Source: an uncultured Thermodesulfobacteriota bacterium
Lineage (GTDB): Bacteria > Desulfobacterota > JBBIRW01
Assembly: GCA_964505185.1 (NCBI GenBank)
Contig: CAZDGM010000006.1
Span: 10,944 to 74,943 of the forward strand
DNA: 64,000 bases
Direction: 5' to 3'
Shown here: positions 58,258 to 64,000 of the stretch, one piece after another
How the letters are laid out: every line of letters begins with the position of its first letter
Position numbering within the stretch: position 1 is the first letter of the stretch
Made by a program: the position numbers and the translations under genes
Notes under the pieces: model-generated
Told to the model about the DNA's origin: nothing
Databases searched by the model: none
The model's input: the letters and a program-made list of their open reading frames with translations, nothing else

Positions 58258-60648
58258 TTATCTAATCCTTGCCCCAAATTTTTCAACAACTTCTTTTATA
58301 ATCTCATTGTGAACAAGGTTTACTTCTTCATCAAGTAGGGTCCTCTCAGGTGATCTGTAATTTATTCTAAATGCAATACTTTTTTTCCCTGGGGGAACTT
58401 GATCACCTTTATATACATCAAAAATTTTTACATCTTCAATCCAGGGATGCTTTTTCTGTTTTATCATTCTCAATACTTCTTCTGCAAAAAGGGATTCATC
58501 AACTATAAGGGCAACATCTCTGTAAAGGGACGGATACCTGGGTAGTTCCGTGAAGGTTCTTTCGGGACGGAAATATTTCCTCAATAATCCAATATCTAAC
58601 TCAAAAACAAAGATGTCGTGTATTTCCAGCCTTTCTTCTACATCCGGATGCAAGAGACCAAGAAAGCCCACCTCCATATTGTTTATCTTTAGAACAGCAG
58701 ATTTTCCCGGATGCAAAAAAGCCTCAGAAGCAGGATAAAATTCATAATTATCTATACCAAGAACATCAACTATAGCTTCAACAACGCCCTTAATATCATA
58801 GAAGTCTATATCTACATCTTTCAGATTCCATAAAGATTCATACCTTCCACCACATGCAAGCCCTGCGATTCTCTCCTCCTCGCGGATACCCTCATCAAAA
58901 AAGAAGACCCTGCCTATTTCAAAAATCCTTATCCCTCTGTTACCTCTGTTTATATTGGTTTTCATCGATTCAATAAGTCCGGGAATGAGCGTGGTGCGCA
59001 TTATGGATTGTTTCCTGCTCAAAGGATTTCTTAAAGTAACATATTTCCTGTAATTACTATCATGGTTTATTTTTAAGTCATCGAATATCTCGGGGTATAG
59101 GAAACTGTAGTTTATTACCTCGAAATAACCTGAAGAAATAAGGGTATTCCTGACAAGTGCTTCTACATCTTCCCTTACTGTAACAGAACCAGCAGTAATT
59201 TCAGAAGAAGGTAGGGACACCGGTATTTTCTCGTAACCGTATATCCTTGCAATTTCCTCAACAAGATCCTCCTCAATTTCAATATCACGTCTGTAACTTG
59301 GAGGGATCACCTTCAGGGTATTTTCTGTCTCATCCTTTACATTCATCCCCAGCCTTCTAAGGATATTCTTTATCTCTTCCGCTGAGATCTTAAAACCGAT
59401 GAGCATACATGCCCTATCGATCCGAAGTATGATTTCGGGAGATTTTATATCCTGTGGATATACATCAAATATTCCCTTAAGAGCCTCACCCCCACAGATC
59501 TCGACAATGAGCTGCGATGCCCTGTTTATTGCAGCAATGACATTTTCAGGATCAGCACCCCTTTCAAATCTCTGGGATGCCTCTGTTCTCAGCCCAAGCT
59601 TCTTTGATGTTTTTCTTATAGAAGTCGGGTTAAAATATGCGCTTTCAAGAAGGATGTTTTTCGTATCAAGAGAAACTTCTGTATTGCTCCCCCCCATTAT
59701 CCCCGCTATAGCAACAGGCTTTACCCTATCACAGATCATCAGCATCCCTGTATCAAGATCCCTCATTACACCATCAAGCGTAACTATCCTTTCACCCGGT
59801 CTTGCCTTCCTTACTACAATTTCTCTTCCTTCAAGGAGATCATTATCAAATGCATGAAGGGGGTGCCCCATCTCTAATAGCACATAATTGGTAATATCAA
59901 CAACATTATTGATGCTTCTCAAACCGCATCTTTCAAGCCTTGATCTGATCCAGAATGGGGATGAACCAATGCTAACCCCTCTTATAATCCTTGCTGCATA
60001 TCTTGGACAGAGATCTCTATCTTCTATTGTTATCCTTGTGTAATCTTCAATCCTTTCATCACATTCACGAACCCTTATCGAAGGCAAAGAAAGGGGCACT
60101 CCTGTCACAGCTGCAATTTCCCTTGCAATACCAAGGATACTCATGCAATCAGGTCTGTTTGGGGTGATGTTTACCTCAAGGATAAAGTCCTCGAGACCCA
60201 GATATGCGTTTATGTCTACTCCTACTGGTGCATCTCCAGGTAGGATCATTATTCCCTCGGATATCTCACTCAGCCCGAGTTCTTCCTCAGAGCACAACAT
60301 TCCATCCGATACAATACCCCTTATCTTAGCCCTCTCAATTCTTCTTCCACCTGCAAGTATGGCACCCGGGAGGGCAAGGGCTACCTTATCCCCTGGCTTC
60401 ATATTTTTTGCACCACAAACTATTAACTTCTCCGATTTACCATCTGATACCCTGCATAATGATAGGCGATCTGCATTGGGATGTTTCTCAATAGAAACAA
60501 TATGTGCAACAATAACATCTTTGATTGCGCTTGATATTCTCTGAATCTCTTCAACTTCAAATCCCGTATTTGTTAACAGTTGTGCAAGTTCATCAGGTGG
60601 GATATCTATATTAACAAAATCTTTTAACCAGTTATAACTTACTTTCAT
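58258..60648 (-). CDS. pheT: Phenylalanine-tRNA ligase beta subunit
   Basis: HPNADRL, ITPNRPDC, NNVVD, RFERG, EEIARIYGY and FDX-ACB C-terminus. Confidence 0.97.
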   Translation of the reverse strand: MKVSYNWLKDFVNIDIPPDELAQLLTNTGFEVEEIQRISSAIKDVIVAHIVSIEKHPNADRLSLCRVSDGKSEKLIVCGAKNMKPGDKVALALPGAILAGGRRIERAKIRGIVSDGMLCSEEELGLSEISEGIMILPGDAPVGVDINAYLGLEDFILEVNITPNRPDCMSILGIAREIAAVTGVPLSLPSIRVRECDERIEDYTRITIEDRDLCPRYAARIIRGVSIGSSPFWIRSRLERCGLRSINNVVDITNYVLLEMGHPLHAFDNDLLEGREIVVRKARPGERIVTLDGVMRDLDTGMLMICDRVKPVAIAGIMGGSNTEVSLDTKNILLESAYFNPTSIRKTSKKLGLRTEASQRFERGADPENVIAAINRASQLIVEICGGEALKGIFDVYPQDIKSPEIILRIDRACMLIGFKISAEEIKNILRRLGMNVKDETENTLKVIPPSYRRDIEIEEDLVEEIARIYGYEKIPVSLPSSEITAGSVTVREDVEALVRNTLISSGYFEVINYSFLYPEIFDDLKINHDSNYRKYVTLRNPLSRKQSIMRTTLIPGLIESMKTNINRGNRGIRIFEIGRVFFFDEGIREEERIAGLACGGRYESLWNLKDVDIDFYDIKGVVEAIVDVLGIDNYEFYPASEAFLHPGKSAVLKINNMEVGFLGLLHPDVEERLEIHDIFVFELDIGLLRKYFRPERTFTELPRYPSLYRDVALIVDESLFAEEVLRMIKQKKHPWIEDVKIFDVYKGDQVPPGKKSIAFRINYRSPERTLLDEEVNLVHNEIIKEVVEKFGARIR

Positions 60649-60650
60649 AT

Positions 60651-61667
60651 TTAGAATTGTTTAAGGAATCTCAGATCGTTTTCAAAAAATAATCTTATGT
60701 CATTTATGCCATATTTCAACATACAGATCCTTTCTATTCCCATTCCAAATGCAAAGCCTGTATACCGCTCCGTATCATAACGCACTTCCTTTAAAACCCT
60801 GGGGTGAACCATACCCGCACCAAGGATTTCAAGCCATCCACTATTCTTACACAATCTGCACCCCTTTCCCATGCATAATACGCATTCTATATCAACCTCC
60901 GCACTTGGTTCTGTAAAGGGGAAGAAGCTTGGCCTGAATCTCAATGCTGTTTTTTCGCCAAAAAATATTTTTACAAATTGCGTGAGAATACCCTTAAGAT
61001 GTGCGAAGCTGATACCTTCATCAACCATAAGTCCTTCAAGTTGATGGAACATCGGGGTATGTGATATATCGGAATCACACCTGTAAACAGTTCCAGGGGC
61101 AATAATCCTTATTGGTGGTCCCTTTTTCAACATCGCCCTTATCTGAACAGGTGATGTATGTGTTCTCAGAATTATATCGTCTGTTATATAGAAGGTATCC
61201 TGCATATCCCTTGCCGGATGATCTTTTGGAATATTTAGTGCCTCAAAATTATAGTAATCTGTTTCAATCTCGGGTCCTTCTTCAACAGAAAATCCCATCC
61301 TGACAAATATCCCTATCATCTCCTCGGTAATCTGGGTCAGGGGGTGTTTTTTTCCCGGAATTATCCTCCTTCCTGGAAGGGTAATATCTATCCTCTCTTT
61401 TATTATTCTTCTTCTTTTCTCTTCTTCCCTGATCTTTTTTCTTACTCTTTCAAATTCCCCTTCAAGATAATCCTTTAACTCATTTATAAGCTTACCAAAG
61501 TAAGGTCTCTTCTCTGCTTGAAGCAGCATTACCTCCTTTATAAGCGCAGAAACCTCCCCTTTCCTACCAAGATATTTGCTTTTTAAAAGTTGAAGCGATC
61601 TTTCTTCGCTTACAGCCTTCAGCTCCTCAAGGGCATTTTTTCTTATTAATTCTACCCTGTCTTCCAT
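60651..61667 (-). CDS. pheS: Phenylalanine-tRNA ligase alpha subunit
   Basis: HPARDMQDTFY, RTHTSPVQ, FPFTEPS and GFAFGMG motifs. Confidence 0.97.
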   Translation of the reverse strand: MEDRVELIRKNALEELKAVSEERSLQLLKSKYLGRKGEVSALIKEVMLLQAEKRPYFGKLINELKDYLEGEFERVRKKIREEEKRRRIIKERIDITLPGRRIIPGKKHPLTQITEEMIGIFVRMGFSVEEGPEIETDYYNFEALNIPKDHPARDMQDTFYITDDIILRTHTSPVQIRAMLKKGPPIRIIAPGTVYRCDSDISHTPMFHQLEGLMVDEGISFAHLKGILTQFVKIFFGEKTALRFRPSFFPFTEPSAEVDIECVLCMGKGCRLCKNSGWLEILGAGMVHPRVLKEVRYDTERYTGFAFGMGIERICMLKYGINDIRLFFENDLRFLKQF

Positions 61668-61679
61668 AAAAGCTATCCT

Positions 61680-62045
61680 TTATGCCTGTGCATGAATATT
61701 CCTTTTCACAAGATTAACAAGATGTTCAAATGAACCTGGATCCTTTATTGCCATGTCAGCAAGCACCTTTCTGTCCATTATAATATTTGAATCTTTAAGC
61801 CCCTTTATGAACTGGCTGTAAGATAGATCATAAGGTCTTACAGCTGCATTTATCCTTGCAATCCAGAGCCTTCTGAACTCTCTTTTCTTCGCTTTTCTGT
61901 CCCTGTATGTATAGGCAAGCGCCCTATTTACAGCCTCCTTTGCAATCCTGTATGAATTTTTTCTCACGCCCCAGTAGCCTTTTGCCATTGAAAGTACTTT
62001 TCTTCTTTTCTTTTTCGCATGAACGCCCCTTTTTACGCGTGGCAT
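61680..62045 (-). CDS. rplT: 50S ribosomal protein L20
   Basis: MPRVKRG, AKGYWG and [12 protein letters not shown] motifs. Confidence 0.97.
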   Translation of the reverse strand: MPRVKRGVHAKKKRRKVLSMAKGYWGVRKNSYRIAKEAVNRALAYTYRDRKAKKREFRRLWIARINAAVRPYDLSYSQFIKGLKDSNIIMDRKVLADMAIKDPGSFEHLVNLVKRNIHAQA

Positions 62046-62088
62046 TTTTATCTCCTTTTTTAAATTTATCTGGATTGTTGCAAAATTA

Positions 62089-62283
62089 TCAGGTTACAAG
62101 AAGCCTTTTTATAATCACTGCAGCCCTTTTTTTCAAGACTTTATACTTTCCGAGTGCCATCTTTCTCTTTGAGGATTTTTTACTGAGAAGGTGCCTCTTG
62201 CCTGCCCTGAATGCCAGTACTTTTCCCTTTTTTGTTATTTTAAATCTCTTTGCTGCCCCCTTGTGGGTTTTTAATTTTCCCAT
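62089..62283 (-). CDS. rpmI: 50S ribosomal protein L35
   Basis: [15 protein letters not shown] and KRHLL motifs. Confidence 0.96.
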   Translation of the reverse strand: MGKLKTHKGAAKRFKITKKGKVLAFRAGKRHLLSKKSSKRKMALGKYKVLKKRAAVIIKRLLVT

Positions 62284-62310
62284 TTTCAGTCCTTTCCGCC
62301 CTGACTTCCT

Positions 62311-62820
62311 CTATGTCTTTGGCGCTATTATTACTGTTAGTGTTTTCCCCTCCATCTTTGGCATCTGTTCAATAATACCTATATCTTTTACCTCCTGATA
62401 AACCCTTTCAAGAAGATTTTTCCCAAGATCGGTATGAACAATCTCCCTCCCTCTAAAGATCACGGTGACCTTTGCCTTATTCCCCTCTGATAGAAATCTC
62501 CTTATATGATTGATCTTAAATTGAAAATCGTGATCCTCTGTTGATGGTCTAAGCTTAACCTCCTTTATCTCTATGATCGTTTGCTTTTTCTTTGCCTCCT
62601 GTATCTTTTTTGAAATTTGATATTTATACTTTCCGTAATCCATCAACTTGCAAACAGGTGGTACAGCCTGTGGAGCAACTTCAACAAGATCAAGATTCAT
62701 TTCCTCAGCCATCTTCAATGCCTCATTTATGGAAAAAATGCCGAGCTGTTTTCCCTCGCTATCAATTACCCTCACTTTTGGTGCCTTTATCCTCTCATTT
62801 ACCCTTAACTCTTTAACTAT
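62311..62820 (-). CDS. infC: Translation initiation factor IF-3 with non-canonical start (ATA 62820, or ATT 62823)
   Basis: The frame extends upstream of the listed GTG as [20 protein letters not shown]; GGAGGTG SD precedes ATT/ATA; [14 protein letters not shown] and KEVKLRP motifs. Confidence 0.94.
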   Translation of the reverse strand: MVKELRVNERIKAPKVRVIDSEGKQLGIFSINEALKMAEEMNLDLVEVAPQAVPPVCKLMDYGKYKYQISKKIQEAKKKQTIIEIKEVKLRPSTEDHDFQFKINHIRRFLSEGNKAKVTVIFRGREIVHTDLGKNLLERVYQEVKDIGIIEQMPKMEGKTLTVIIAPKT

Positions 62821-64000
62821 AATCTCACCTCCAGGTAAGGATTCTCTCTCTCTATCTCCTCTTTTATTATTTTTACAAACTCAATTAAACTTAAACTCCC
62901 AAGATTGCCCTTTCCCTTTCTCCTTACATTGACCGTATTGGTAGCCTTTTCCCTGTTTCCCACAACAACCATATATGGAATACGATTAACCTCTGCCTCT
63001 CTGATCTTATATGAAAGTTTTTCATTCCTTATGTCAAGCCTTGTTCTTAGACCCCTTTTTATCAATTCTCCTGCTATATATTCTGCATAATCCTTCTGTG
63101 CATCTGTGATGCTCATGACAGTAACCTGTATGGGTGAAATCCATACAGGAAATGAGCCTTTGTAATGCTCAATGAGTATGCCAAAAAACCTTTCAAGGGA
63201 ACCCATCAGCGCCCTGTGAATCATTATGGGCCTGTAATATTTTCCATCATATCCGACATAGTTCACATCAAATCTCTCAGGCAGATTAAAATCCACCTGA
63301 ATCGTTGAACACTGCCAGAATCTCCCTAAGGAGTCTTTTATCTTTATATCAATCTTTGGTCCATAAAAAACCCCCTCGCCGGGATCCACACTGTATTCAA
63401 GACCCTCTCTTTTCAATGCTCCCTCCAGGGCTGCGGTTGCCTTTTCCCAATTCTCTATTGATCCAACAAACTTCTCAGGCCTCGTGCTTACAAATATCTT
63501 AAATTGGTAAAATCCGAACACACCGAGGACCATCATTGATAATCTCAGGATGGAAACAAGCTCATCCTCAAGCTGATCCTCTCTGCAAAATATATGTGCA
63601 TCGTCCTGAGTGAACCCCCTTACCCTCAGCAATCCATGTAGCACACCCGATCGTTCATATCTATAAACAGTGCCCAGTTCAGCAAACCTTAAAGGCAGGT
63701 CCCTGTAACTTCTGATATGCCTTTTGTATATGAGGATATGTCCGGGGCAGTTCATCGGTTTCAGTATATATTTCTGCCCCTCGATATCTATAGGGGAATA
63801 CATGTTTTCCTTATAAAACTGGAGGTGACCTGAAGTTTCCCACATCTGGATACTCGCAATGTGAGGTGTATATACGATTTCATAACCGTTTTTAATATGT
63901 TGTTCCTTCCAGAAATCCTCTATAATCTTCCTCACCATTGCACCTTTCGGGTGCCAGAATATCAGACCTGCCCCGGCTTCATCCTCTATGCTGAATAGAT
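62817..64000 (-). CDS. thrS: Threonine-tRNA ligase (5' part outside window)
   Basis: Frame open to the window edge ([19 protein letters not shown]); [28 protein letters not shown] and HRA..GS.ERF motifs. Confidence 0.97.
   Translation of the reverse strand, partial: LFSIEDEAGAGLIFWHPKGAMVRKIIEDFWKEQHIKNGYEIVYTPHIASIQMWETSGHLQFYKENMYSPIDIEGQKYILKPMNCPGHILIYKRHIRSYRDLPLRFAELGTVYRYERSGVLHGLLRVRGFTQDDAHIFCREDQLEDELVSILRLSMMVLGVFGFYQFKIFVSTRPEKFVGSIENWEKATAALEGALKREGLEYSVDPGEGVFYGPKIDIKIKDSLGRFWQCSTIQVDFNLPERFDVNYVGYDGKYYRPIMIHRALMGSLERFFGILIEHYKGSFPVWISPIQVTVMSITDAQKDYAEYIAGELIKRGLRTRLDIRNEKLSYKIREAEVNRIPYMVVVGNREKATNTVNVRRKGKGNLGSLSLIEFVKIIKEEIERENPYLEVRL

Overview
Gene-dense, fairly AT-rich bacterial chromosomal segment. 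Standard code 11 applies, since several well-conserved genes end in TGA at the expected position. The thrS-infC-rpmI-rplT-pheST-ihfA-merR-tRNA-Pro-surE-pcm synteny, sigma54 regulation and anaerobic enzyme set suggest a Desulfobacterota/Deltaproteobacteria-like anaerobe (inference). 1-4.9 kb (+ strand): RND permease 3' end, DUF2892, MBL-fold hydrolase, DsrE-like protein, a membrane protein, PAP2 and queC. Two unannotated small ORFs in this block (1133-1339 and 2153-2326) each have a strong RBS, one in-frame TGA and a SECIS-like hairpin just downstream. They are candidate small selenoproteins and the top finding. From 4.8 kb onward everything is on the - strand. 4.8-25 kb is a mixed redox/metabolic block (metF, nuoB, nuoF, queG, HdrD/NarI pair, HD-GYP regulator, orphan pafA, extended ppsA, ferredoxin, OsmC, nadA, SDRs, peptidase, adenine deaminase-like). 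25-51 kb holds two apparent sigma54 operons for acyl-/aroyl-CoA catabolism (panE-like, CoA ligase, thiolases, gcdH, AOR; BzdNOQ/Hgd-like reductase-dehydratase, paaK, Liv ABC transporter, a LivF-IorA fusion, iorB, CBS-PAS bEBP). 51-64 kb is a housekeeping block. No CRISPR array or mobile element was seen. All assignments come from reading motifs by eye; no database search was run.
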